Source: Candidatus Eremiobacteria bacterium (GTDB taxonomy: Bacteria; Vulcanimicrobiota; Vulcanimicrobiia; Vulcanimicrobiales; Vulcanimicrobiaceae). Taken from it: DNA of 64,000 nt. A program made the translations under genes and the position numbers. This document shows positions 28,054-37,510 of the stretch, piece after piece. The notes beneath the pieces were generated by a model. That model saw only the letters and a list, made by a program, of their open reading frames with translations, had not been told where the DNA came from and did no database searches. The stretch lies in the NCBI GenBank assembly GCA_963758295.1, contig CAVWUU010000004.1:128001-192000 (forward strand). Direction: 5' to 3'. Each line of letters begins with the position of its first letter. The first letter of the stretch is position 1.

Positions 28054-28887
28054 CTAACAGAGCGTGCGCAACGCTTCGCGGGCGTCTCGGTCCTCGGGCA
28101 GATCGGCGGGACGCACGTAGGTTGCGCGATAGACGGTTTTGCCGAAGACAAAAAGCGCTTCTTCGTATCGCATCGGCGGATCGTCGTAGAGCTTTTCATA
28201 CGAAATGAACCAACCGGGTCGCGTGCCGTTACACGCGGCTTCCGCTCGGCTTGCGTACACCTTATCGCCTTCGCGCTGTAGTGTGTCCAACACGTCGCCG
28301 ACCGCACCGTCCAAAGACGGGTCGGGCGCGTCTAGTTCGACTCGCCGTTGCCACAAAAGCAAACGCGGAACGAATCGCGCGGTTTGATGGTGCCAATCCA
28401 ACCACAGCGTCACGCCGTTTTCGGCGATGTTTCCGTAGTCTTGCTTCGCCCAACCGCGCGGCGCGCTAAGTGAAGGAGATGCGGGAATGGGAATCGGTCG
28501 CATTCGTATCCGCGAGTGCGGCGAACTTCGCTTGGCGATAAGCGCCTTTTGAACTCTCTGCTTGATTTTTGGCGTAGAGCGCTTGCGAGGCTCAATGCTC
28601 TTTGGTGTAACGCTCGCTACGGCCGCAACGATCTTCGGTGAAGGCACAATGCGCGGCACGGCGGGTTTCGCCGTCGACGACGCGTGCGATGGGGCGCGGC
28701 GTTCGATCCGAAGAACGGATCTCGATACGGTGAGGACTTCGTTGCGACCGCCGCTTTCCACGTGCACCGGGAGAAGCAGCGGAGCAAGCACGACGGCACC
28801 GCACACATTGATTGATGCAGAGAGAACGAGCGACCATAGCAGTCGATTGCGTCCCGAGCGTCGATGTGCCGGTTCTCGCGTGAGCAT
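28054..28887 (-). CDS. Membrane-anchored hypothetical protein with basic Pro-rich linker and globular C-terminal domain
   Basis: N-terminal TM (LLWSLVLSASINVCGAVVL), K/P/R-rich linker, C-terminal domain with two Cys. Confidence 0.65.
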   Translation of the reverse strand: MLTREPAHRRSGRNRLLWSLVLSASINVCGAVVLAPLLLPVHVESGGRNEVLTVSRSVLRIERRAPSHASSTAKPAVPRIVPSPKIVAAVASVTPKSIEPRKRSTPKIKQRVQKALIAKRSSPHSRIRMRPIPIPASPSLSAPRGWAKQDYGNIAENGVTLWLDWHHQTARFVPRLLLWQRRVELDAPDPSLDGAVGDVLDTLQREGDKVYASRAEAACNGTRPGWFISYEKLYDDPPMRYEEALFVFGKTVYRATYVRPADLPEDRDAREALRTLC

Positions 28888-29090
28888 CGTCCCGTCCTTG
28901 TTCCGGCTTTTTCGCTACGATGCGGTAAGCGATTATTCAAACGTTTCGCCGCCCAGTACCTATAGGTGCGCGAGCGCGTGTTCGGCGGATGTGCGGTCGT
29001 AAAACACCTGGCCTTCAAACCCGCCGCCCGGTTGCTGGTTTTGCTTCATTCATTCGAGTCTGTAACGCTGCTTACTAAAACGCATCAGCG

Positions 29091-30443
29091 ATGTACCGAG
29101 TCGACGTCAATTGGCAACAAGTACCTGCAATGATGAATGCAGTAGCGGAGTATGCCGCAACGCTCGAGACGCACTACCGGGTCGCGATCGGCGCCATGGT
29201 TGCTAGGGCCGATACCGTATTGATCGGCGACGCGTCACATGGCACGTCGGAATTCTATCGGGAGCGCGCCCGCTTGACGCGGCGGCTGATCGAAGATTTC
29301 GGTTTCAACGCAGTCGTCGTCGAGGCCGATTGGCCCGACGCGCAGCGCGTCGATCGTTACGCTTCGGGCATGGGCCAGGATTCGACCGCAGAAGAGGCGC
29401 TGCGATCTTTTCATCGATTTCCGCTTTGGATGTGGCGCAACGCCGAGACGGCGGAATTCGTGGAATGGCTCCGCTCGTACAATGGTGAGAATCCCGGCCG
29501 GATGTGCGGATTCTACGGCATGGATTTGTACAGCCTGCACTCGTCTATGCGCGCTGTCATTGCGTATTTGGATACCGTCGATCCCGAAGCCGCGAAACGC
29601 GCTCGCGAGCGCTATTCATGCTTCGACCGCTACGGCCCCGATCCACAGCGTTACGGCTATCTCGCGATGCTTGGCAACGAAGATGGCTGCGTTAAGGCAG
29701 TTCGCGACCAGCTCTCTGAGATGCAGCAATTGGCTAAGGAGTGGCTAGGCGAAGACCGTAGCCGGTCATCCGCAGCGTTTTTCGTTGCCGAGCAAAACGC
29801 GCGTCTGGTTGAAAATGCCGAAGAGTACTACCGTACGATGTTCACCGGACGCGTGAATGGCTGGAACTTGCGTGATTCGCATATGGTCCAGACCATCGAC
29901 GCGCTGGAAGAGTATTTGGGATCGAACGGCATTCAGCCGCGCATCGTGGTCTGGGCGCACAACTCGCACCTTGGCAACGCGGCCGCGACAGAGATGTCGA
30001 GCTACGGCGAGTTCAACGTCGGTGAGCTCGTACGCAAACGAAAAGGCGCACACGCCGTGGCGATCGGCATGACCACTTACGATGGAACCGTAATGGCGGC
30101 AAGTGATTGGGACGCGCCGCATAGCGAACATTTGGTGCAGCCGGCGATCGAAGGCAGCTTCGAAGAGTTGTTTCATACCACCGGTCTGGGTTCCGATTTT
30201 GCGCTCATTTTACGGAATGCGCCGGCCGAATTACGGTCTCAACTGGGACAGCGTCTCGAGCGCGCAATCGGCGTAGTCTATCGTCCGCAGACCGAACGTC
30301 AAAGCCATTACTTCGAGGCTGATATCGCGAGCCAATTCGACGTCGTAATGCATGTGGACCGCACGCATGCGGTAGAACCGTTGGATGGCTTCGAGCGCGA
30401 CGCGGTCGAGGAATTTTCGGAAACATACCCGACCGGCGAATGA
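29091..30443 (+). CDS. Erythromycin-esterase family protein
   Basis: IGDASHGT.EFY, EADWPDA, RFPLWMWRN, FYGMDLYSL, WN.RD.HM, VWAHNSH.G, ERAIGVVYRP.TE..SHYF. Confidence 0.92.
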   Translation: MYRVDVNWQQVPAMMNAVAEYAATLETHYRVAIGAMVARADTVLIGDASHGTSEFYRERARLTRRLIEDFGFNAVVVEADWPDAQRVDRYASGMGQDSTAEEALRSFHRFPLWMWRNAETAEFVEWLRSYNGENPGRMCGFYGMDLYSLHSSMRAVIAYLDTVDPEAAKRARERYSCFDRYGPDPQRYGYLAMLGNEDGCVKAVRDQLSEMQQLAKEWLGEDRSRSSAAFFVAEQNARLVENAEEYYRTMFTGRVNGWNLRDSHMVQTIDALEEYLGSNGIQPRIVVWAHNSHLGNAAATEMSSYGEFNVGELVRKRKGAHAVAIGMTTYDGTVMAASDWDAPHSEHLVQPAIEGSFEELFHTTGLGSDFALILRNAPAELRSQLGQRLERAIGVVYRPQTERQSHYFEADIASQFDVVMHVDRTHAVEPLDGFERDAVEEFSETYPTGE

Positions 30444-30665
30444 TAAGTAGTACCAGCCTGTTAAGTCCTCGTAGACGAGCGCGTTAGCACCGGTAAGACG
30501 CTCGCGTTGCACGGCTCGAGCCGCGCAGATGCCGTTGAGGCATACTATCGCGACGCGTGCTTTCGATAAGCCAACTGCCCGATTGCGGCATGGACCTCGT
30601 TCGCATGCTCGGGGTCAAGTGACCCCTCGCTGAAACACCGTCAAATTTGCGCAGTAGGAAGTGGC

Positions 30666-30932
30666 ATGCGTCTCTTCCGCCTTTTCAACGCTGCCCGTAA
30701 GTCGTTGCCGCGCGTACTACCCCTTATGCGCGACGCACGCGTTCCGGTTTCGCTAAAAGCCCTCGCCGGCGTAGCGGCCGTGCTTATCGTTTCTCCGCTA
30801 GACGTATTCGGTGATATTCCCGTGCTCGGCACGCTTGATGATGCGGCGCTTTTGACGCTGGCCGCGGTTTGGTTCGTGCGAATCGCAGCGCCGCACGTGG
30901 AACCCAAACCCCTACGCGTTAGCGCACGGTAA
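30666..30932 (+). CDS. YkvA / DUF1232 small membrane protein
   Basis: DARVP...K......L.VSPLD...DIPVLGTLDD. Confidence 0.82.
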   Translation: MRLFRLFNAARKSLPRVLPLMRDARVPVSLKALAGVAAVLIVSPLDVFGDIPVLGTLDDAALLTLAAVWFVRIAAPHVEPKPLRVSAR

Positions 30933-30995
30933 ACCGCTCGCGTTCATTGTTCTCCTCCAGCTCGATTACGCCGTCGCGCCGAAAAGTCGGTGGCT

Positions 30996-33170
30996 CTACC
31001 GGTTGTAATCTCCCACCGCGCCGCGCAGAACCGTGATGGAGCGTCCCTGCAACGCGAATTGCGTTGCGCGCGACGCGCGCAGCCACGTCACTTTCGGCGG
31101 ATCGTTCGGTGAGGGAATTGAGAGAGCTCCTTGGCGGTGCCAAACGTACTGTTGCGGCCCGAACGTTATCGCTTCGACGGCGCCGGAGAATTGTGAAGCG
31201 CCGCCATTGTTGATGAAGCGCACGGTGACCGTGCGAGGCTTCGGATCTTTATTCACGAGCAGAAGCGACCACGTACGATCGAGGCCTTGCATTGGATACG
31301 CAGTGACGGACGGCCGCCCCATTAGGGTCGCGGTTGACGTCGCCCGGTAAAGCGTAGCGGTGGAATTTCCCGGTGAAAACCAGCGGTTCATCAGCATGCG
31401 CGCGGCCCAGAACTGCGCGGCGCGCGCGTGGATTCGTGCTCGCGCGTCGGCTACGAACATGGCAAGGCTGCCCCAGTCTTGGGGGCAAGCGGCATTCTGT
31501 GAAAGTGGCACGGGCTCGTATTGGTAATAAGCCACCTTTCGAACGCCGTTCTCGAGTGCACTCGCGATAAAGTCCGCCTGCCATAGCGCGCCTTCGATAG
31601 TCATCGGAGTTGCCGTATATGGATTCGTGGAGAAGTTCGCTTCGGTAATGTACATTGGAACTGCCGCCGGCAACCCGTCGTTACGAACCGCACGGACGAC
31701 GCGCGCCATAACCGCCGGTTCATCCAGTAGGTCCGCCGTGAGCCGCTCGCCGCTATCGCAGCCGTTAAACGGATAATGTTCGAACGACATGAACGAAAGA
31801 TCGCGCATGGCGCCGTGCGACCGGAGATACTTAAAAAAGCGGCTCAGCCAGGAATGATTGCCGGCAGCGTCACTCCAAACCGCTACATCGCCGTTGGCGC
31901 CGGCGAGGACCGGACCCCCAAGCTTCAGCGATGGATCGACACCGCGCAACGCTTTTGCCCACTGCACGTAAAGCGCAGCATAGTCTTCGGGCATGGCATA
32001 TTGGCCGTCCGGCTCTTCACCGAGCTCGATACCGCCGACGGCATATCCTCGAGCTTGCAAATACCGAACTTCATTTACGGCGTTGTCCGGCGTACTGTAC
32101 AGCATCGGCACCGGGTATATCGCCGGAAGGCCGCCGGTCAATCCGCTTTTGGCGATGAGATCGAGTCCCGGCTGGGCCTGATTGGTAACGCGGTTCGTCG
32201 CATCGTGCCACGAATCCACCGACGAAACGTAGGTCGGACTCTGGCGCGCTCCGCAGCTGCGCGGAACATTCGCAGACCCGCCGCATGGCCGGTGGACGAG
32301 CACGTCACGAAGGTTTCCGCTGCTATCGAACCGCCCGAGCGCAACTTCAGCAACGGCATATCCGACGCAATTGCGCGCGTCCGCGTCGCCGTGCGTATCG
32401 CACGTATTCGATGAGCGTTGTAAGAGAATTCGTACAAATCTTACCGGGATGCCGGCACGAATTCGTCGCGGTGCCGAAGCGGTGTTTAACGTAGCGTTCG
32501 TAACGATGCCGTTCCCGAACGCACGCCAGGTGCCGTGCGTTGGATCCTTCATCGGATCGGCACCCGTCCAATATTCGACCCGATAGTCGCGCGCATACGG
32601 ATGTACGAACGTTACGTGAATCGCATCGAGCGTTTGAGCGCGTCCTGAGTCGAGCACCACCCATTGCGGGTGCTTCGAGTCATCATCGCCCGTGAATCCG
32701 CTCGTGAGGTAAGGATTGCTTTTCCAATATGTTGCGCGATCACCGTCGGTGATGCGTGAATAGCTTTGGTTGTTGCCGGCATCCGACGTAAATCCGTCGT
32801 GCGGCAAGCGAAATCCGTATGAATCCGTGATATCGGAACGAACGGCAGAGGCGTCGCTCGTCCAGTAGCCGCCAGTAATTGCGCTGAAGTGGCCTGCAGG
32901 ATTCCAGTGCCAGTCTTGCACGGAGAGTTCCGTAAATAAGCGATAGCTGAGCCAGCCGTATCCCGACTCCAGCATCCGGCGCACGTTGGAGCTGGAGTAG
33001 AGATAGCCAATCATGCCTGACGGCTGTTTGTCGACGCTCGACCCCAACGCTTCCCGTGAGTGAATCGTCTGCACGGCATTCGCTGCGTCGACCGTAACGA
33101 CGTCGGCCGCGCGCGATACAAGCGGCGTGCAAAAGATCGCGACGCTAAGTGCAGCAGCTAGAAACCTCAC
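30996..33170 (-). CDS. Secreted clan GH-A-like glycoside hydrolase with inserted discoidin (F5/8 type C) domain
   Basis: Signal peptide; DGD..TYW.S...PQWVVLD (F5/8C); ELGEEPD, K.GGP, SFEHYP, ITE.N. Confidence 0.75.
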   Translation of the reverse strand: MRFLAAALSVAIFCTPLVSRAADVVTVDAANAVQTIHSREALGSSVDKQPSGMIGYLYSSSNVRRMLESGYGWLSYRLFTELSVQDWHWNPAGHFSAITGGYWTSDASAVRSDITDSYGFRLPHDGFTSDAGNNQSYSRITDGDRATYWKSNPYLTSGFTGDDDSKHPQWVVLDSGRAQTLDAIHVTFVHPYARDYRVEYWTGADPMKDPTHGTWRAFGNGIVTNATLNTASAPRRIRAGIPVRFVRILLQRSSNTCDTHGDADARNCVGYAVAEVALGRFDSSGNLRDVLVHRPCGGSANVPRSCGARQSPTYVSSVDSWHDATNRVTNQAQPGLDLIAKSGLTGGLPAIYPVPMLYSTPDNAVNEVRYLQARGYAVGGIELGEEPDGQYAMPEDYAALYVQWAKALRGVDPSLKLGGPVLAGANGDVAVWSDAAGNHSWLSRFFKYLRSHGAMRDLSFMSFEHYPFNGCDSGERLTADLLDEPAVMARVVRAVRNDGLPAAVPMYITEANFSTNPYTATPMTIEGALWQADFIASALENGVRKVAYYQYEPVPLSQNAACPQDWGSLAMFVADARARIHARAAQFWAARMLMNRWFSPGNSTATLYRATSTATLMGRPSVTAYPMQGLDRTWSLLLVNKDPKPRTVTVRFINNGGASQFSGAVEAITFGPQQYVWHRQGALSIPSPNDPPKVTWLRASRATQFALQGRSITVLRGAVGDYNR

Positions 33171-33195
33171 GGTGCACCCGTTCCCCGAACGGGGG

Positions 33196-34584
33196 TTAGC
33201 GGCCCCCTTCGAAGGGCCATTGCAGGCGGACGCGGGCCTGGATGAAAAAGACCGCCGCTCCCGCCAGCAAGCTTACAATGCCAAATGCGATCGCCCATTG
33301 CCCGGCGCTCAGAAAAACGTAGATCCAGCCCGCAAGAGCAAGCAGCGCCGGAATCGGATAGAGCCACATGCGGTACGGTCCGGCGATGCCCCGCCGGCGC
33401 AGTGCAAAAAGCGCGGCAATCTGTGCGATCGACTGAATGAGCACGATGCCCGTCGTGAGCGCGTTGATGACGTCACCTAGTGAGAATAGGCAGAAAGGTA
33501 AAGCAAGAAGGCCCATTACGATGAGCGAGACGTCCGGGAAGCGCAGCTTGGGATGAACGTGTGCGAACGGCGGAAGAAAAACGCCGTCCTCGGCGGCCGC
33601 GAACGGCACGCGTGAATAGCCCAACAGATTTCCGTAGACCGAAGCAAATGCCGTGATCAATACGAGCACCGTCACGACGGCTGCGGCCCCGCGCCCAAAA
33701 GCGTTTTCGACGATAGCCGACGCAACGTGCTGCCCGAGCACCGGCAGCGATCCGTCGGCCAGCGGCACGATGGACTGCCACGGGATGGCACCCAGAACGC
33801 CGGTTTGCATGGAGATATAGAGCGCCGCGACGATTAGAATCGAGAAGACGATCGAGCGCGGAATGGTAACGGGCGGGTCGATGATCTCTCCGCCGATGCA
33901 GCTCGACTGATTGTAGCCGAGATAATCGTACATCGCGATAATCAGCGCTTGTCCAAGGCCGGCGCGGAGTCCGGCCCAAAATGAATCTTGCGGCGGAAGC
34001 GTAAACGCTTGATGCGCGTTGAAGTGCGTGTAGGCTGCGGTGATTACGCAAAGCAGCGTTACGAACGAAGCGATGGCCAGCCACGTACCGGTGCCGGAAA
34101 TCGTTGTGATCTTGCGATAGAGCGCAAGCATCGTCACGACCCCCAGGCCGATTGCTACAAGCTTAATCGCGACCGGATTCGAGGCAAGCGCCGGAAACAA
34201 GTAGCCGGCGTAGTTTGCGAACCCGATGTATCCGGTCGCCTGATTCAGCGGCGCGACGAATACGGTTTGCCAGACGAATAAAAATGCAAGCAAGCGACCA
34301 AAGCCGTGACGGCCGAAGGCCTCGCGCAAATAGCCGTAGGTGCCGCCCGAACCCGGATATAGCGATCCGAGTTCAGCCCAAACGAGGCCGTCGCATAACG
34401 CGAGCGCCGCCCCGAGGACCCAACCGATCAGCGAAAGCGGCCCGTGCAATGCGCCAAGCACGAGCGGAATGGTGATGAGCGGGCCGATGCCGATCATCGA
34501 GATTAGGTTGATTGAGATTGCGCCGCGCCAACCGACGCCGCGAATGAGTCTGCGGTCGCCTGCGAGGACGGGCGCGTCGTTCAT
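33196..34584 (-). CDS. APC family amino acid permease
   Basis: MIGIGPLITIP, WAELGS.YPGSGG.Y.YLREAFG, YDYLGY, SRVPFAAA.DG.F. Start placed at MNDAP (34584). Confidence 0.9.
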   Translation of the reverse strand: MNDAPVLAGDRRLIRGVGWRGAISINLISMIGIGPLITIPLVLGALHGPLSLIGWVLGAALALCDGLVWAELGSLYPGSGGTYGYLREAFGRHGFGRLLAFLFVWQTVFVAPLNQATGYIGFANYAGYLFPALASNPVAIKLVAIGLGVVTMLALYRKITTISGTGTWLAIASFVTLLCVITAAYTHFNAHQAFTLPPQDSFWAGLRAGLGQALIIAMYDYLGYNQSSCIGGEIIDPPVTIPRSIVFSILIVAALYISMQTGVLGAIPWQSIVPLADGSLPVLGQHVASAIVENAFGRGAAAVVTVLVLITAFASVYGNLLGYSRVPFAAAEDGVFLPPFAHVHPKLRFPDVSLIVMGLLALPFCLFSLGDVINALTTGIVLIQSIAQIAALFALRRRGIAGPYRMWLYPIPALLALAGWIYVFLSAGQWAIAFGIVSLLAGAAVFFIQARVRLQWPFEGGR

Positions 34585-35594
34585 GCGCCGGTGAGGGCTT
34601 TCGTCAATCCACGGGGGCGATCGCTGTCGATATGCGCGATTCGGGCGACGTGCAACGCGAGCATCTGCGCGGTGACGAGCCATGCGAGCGTGTTATATGG
34701 ATCTTCGACGATGGGCCCGAGCTTAGGAACGTCGTCGACGTCGCAGCGGCCGATCACGTAACGCAGGGCGTCCGTTTCTCGAACGTCACGCATCGGCCGT
34801 TCGAGCGCCGGCAATGCGTCTTTATCGACGATTCCGATAACGGCGTACGACGCGTCGACCATAGCAATGCTGCCGTGCCGGAATTCGCCTGCGGAGAATC
34901 CCTCGGCATGCATGTAAGCCGCCTCTTTCAACTTCAGCGCGACTTCTTGCGCGATCGGCCAGCCGTAATCCGAGCCGAGAAGCACAACGTGCCGGCGCAA
35001 CGCAATGCGCTGGGCCGGACCCGACATCTCCTGGCCGGCGCGTTCTTCGAGCCACTTTCTAACCGTGCGTGCCGTCCATAGCAATGCGGAAGGGTCGCGC
35101 GTGGCGTTGCCACCAAGCAGCGATGCGGCCCAGAGCAGAATGGCCATCGTCGACGTCACGCTTTTAGTGGCCGGCACTGCGACCTCGCTGCCGGCCTCGA
35201 TGTCGATAGTGAGGTCCGCACGAGAACCAAGGGGCGAATCCGGGGTGTTCGTAAGCGCGATCAGTCTTGAGGGGTGCAGGACCTCGATGGCATTCAAGAC
35301 GTCCGTGGAACGCCCGCTTTGGGAAATTGCAACGACCGTGCGGCCTTCGTACGCGGCGTGATCGAGGCGCGCTTCCGTAGCTGCCAGTGCCACCGCTTGA
35401 ATGCGACGGCGCCGTAGAGCCAGCGCGCCGAGCCGGGCTGCGAACAGGGAGCTGCCGCTACCGACCAAAACGATTTCATTGTCGAGTGCTTCGGCCAGCT
35501 GTACCGCTTTATCCGATTCGGCGAGGCGCTCCCATACTTCAGGCTGCTCGCGAATTTCGCGTTCGAACAACGCTCCCAGTACCGGTTTGTCCAT
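34581..35594 (-). CDS. Double SIS-domain sugar-phosphate isomerase/deaminase (GlmS C-terminal / FrlB / NagB-II-like)
   Basis: EIREQP, GSGSS, ISQSG.S.D, ATKS, E.ALKLKE, EFRHG, D.PRGLTK; no glutaminase domain. Confidence 0.88.
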   Translation of the reverse strand: MDKPVLGALFEREIREQPEVWERLAESDKAVQLAEALDNEIVLVGSGSSLFAARLGALALRRRRIQAVALAATEARLDHAAYEGRTVVAISQSGRSTDVLNAIEVLHPSRLIALTNTPDSPLGSRADLTIDIEAGSEVAVPATKSVTSTMAILLWAASLLGGNATRDPSALLWTARTVRKWLEERAGQEMSGPAQRIALRRHVVLLGSDYGWPIAQEVALKLKEAAYMHAEGFSAGEFRHGSIAMVDASYAVIGIVDKDALPALERPMRDVRETDALRYVIGRCDVDDVPKLGPIVEDPYNTLAWLVTAQMLALHVARIAHIDSDRPRGLTKALTGA

Positions 35595-35615
35595 CGCCCC
35601 CCCGAGGATGTGCGT

Positions 35616-37499
35616 ATGAAGAGTCGACGTGCCGTATTTACGCTCCTGTTGACGGCCGCGTTCACCGCGGGCGCAAACGCGGCAACGCCACCGGACACCC
35701 AGCCGTCGACCGACGAGCTCGGGCTCGTGCCAATGCCGCGTTCCATCTCAACGAGCGACGGTGTCTTTGACGCACCGGGGCAATGGAGTGTTTACGGCAA
35801 GAGCCCCGATGAGCTCACTGCCGCTTCGTCCGCAATGAACTACTTGCGCTCGCGTGGCGCTACTGTATACCTCGTGAAAGGCACTGATGCCACCGTGCGC
35901 TTTTCCATCGTCCAAGATGCCGGACTCGGCAAAGAAGGCTACCGGCTCGGGATTCAAGGCAACGGCGTTGCAATTTCGGCAACGAGCGGTGCCGGTTTGT
36001 TTTACGGGCTGCAAACGCTCGAACAAATCATCGAAGCGCGCGGGTCTTCATTACCGTATCTGCAGATCGAAGATACGCCGCGGTTTGCCTGGCGCGGAAT
36101 TCACCTTGACGTCGCTCGACATTTCTTTCCGGTCTCCGTCGTCGAGCGATATATCGATGTGGCGGCACGCTACAAGCTCAACGTTTTTCATTGGCATTTG
36201 ACCGACGATCAGGGCTGGCGCATCGAAATAAAACGGTATCCACTATTGACGAAGGTTGGTTCGTGTCGCGCAGAAACGGAGCTCGACCACGACGCTACCG
36301 AGTTCGACGGAAAGAAATATTGCGGCTACTACACCCAAGACCAAATACGCGAAGTGGTCCAGTATGCGCGCAAACGCTTCGTGACGATCGTGCCGGAGAT
36401 CGAAATGCCCGGCCACGCCGACGCCTCCGTAGCCGCGTATCCGTGGCTCGCATGCGGGTCGCCGAAGGTCAAAGTGCGTGAAACATGGGGTGTAAGCCAC
36501 GAACTCTACTGCCCCACGGAGCAGACCTTCGATTTTCTCACCAACGTTTTGGCGGAGGTGACCAAGCTGTTCCCGGGACCTTACGTACATGCCGGTGGCG
36601 ATGAGACGCCGAAGGACCAGTGGCAGCATAGTTCCGTAGTTCGCGCGCTCATGCAACGGCAGCACTTGGCCACCTACGATCAAGTGCAGGGGTATTTCGA
36701 TCGTCGCATCGAGGCCATTTTGAAGCACTTCGGACGCCGCATGGTTGGATGGGACGAAATCCTGGACGGCGGTGTGAGCACTTCGGCTACCGTCATGGCG
36801 TGGCAAAGCGTTGCGCGCGGCGTCAAGGCGGCGCAACATGGAAACGACGTCGTGCTCTCGCCAAACGGCCCCCTCTATTTCGATGCCTATCAAGGCGACC
36901 AAAACGACGAACCCGAGGCAATCGGCGGTCTATCGCGTCTCCAAGATGTGTATGCATTCGATCCGCTTCCCAGAAACGTGCCGGCCACGGTGGCGAAGCA
37001 TGTGATCGGCGTGCAAGCAAATCTATGGACGGAATATATCGCCGATCCCTCGTATCTTTTTTACATGCTGCTGCCGCGAGAGCTCGCATTAGCGGAGGTA
37101 GCGTGGAGCTCTCCGGAGGGTCGCGATTGGGACTCTTTCGAGCGGCGGAGCGGCATGCAGTACGCCTGGCTCACGCAACACCACGTGAACTTTCGGATCC
37201 CGAACCCCACGCTGACCGTGAACGCCGGCGATCTGCGTCTTAGCAACGTGAATCCGTCCATGCGAACGGTGGAGGTGGAAACAGGAAATCCGACAGCGAT
37301 GGTAACGGCGACCACGCCCGTCCGTGCAGCGGAAATCCGCTGCACGATGGATGGAACTAAACCCGGTGCGACATCACATCTTTACGCGGCGCCCCTTCGC
37401 TTTACGCTAGGGGAGCGCGCTCGGGTCGATGTGACGTGCGCAACGGTTCTGCACGACGGACGCGTCAGCACGCCGACCGAAGTCGTGATCCGCCGCTGA
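35616..37499 (+). CDS. Beta-N-acetylhexosaminidase (GH20), secreted
   Basis: D.PRFAWRG.HLDVARHF, FHWHLTDDQGWR, PEIEMPGH, HAGGDE, GVQANLWTE. Confidence 0.95.
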   Translation: MKSRRAVFTLLLTAAFTAGANAATPPDTQPSTDELGLVPMPRSISTSDGVFDAPGQWSVYGKSPDELTAASSAMNYLRSRGATVYLVKGTDATVRFSIVQDAGLGKEGYRLGIQGNGVAISATSGAGLFYGLQTLEQIIEARGSSLPYLQIEDTPRFAWRGIHLDVARHFFPVSVVERYIDVAARYKLNVFHWHLTDDQGWRIEIKRYPLLTKVGSCRAETELDHDATEFDGKKYCGYYTQDQIREVVQYARKRFVTIVPEIEMPGHADASVAAYPWLACGSPKVKVRETWGVSHELYCPTEQTFDFLTNVLAEVTKLFPGPYVHAGGDETPKDQWQHSSVVRALMQRQHLATYDQVQGYFDRRIEAILKHFGRRMVGWDEILDGGVSTSATVMAWQSVARGVKAAQHGNDVVLSPNGPLYFDAYQGDQNDEPEAIGGLSRLQDVYAFDPLPRNVPATVAKHVIGVQANLWTEYIADPSYLFYMLLPRELALAEVAWSSPEGRDWDSFERRSGMQYAWLTQHHVNFRIPNPTLTVNAGDLRLSNVNPSMRTVEVETGNPTAMVTATTPVRAAEIRCTMDGTKPGATSHLYAAPLRFTLGERARVDVTCATVLHDGRVSTPTEVVIRR

Positions 37500-37510
37500 G
37501 GCTTGGACCC

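Noticed and set aside
29091..30443. Macrolide resistance gene call
   Set aside because: It is a member of the broad Ere-like superfamily, and family membership alone does not show resistance.
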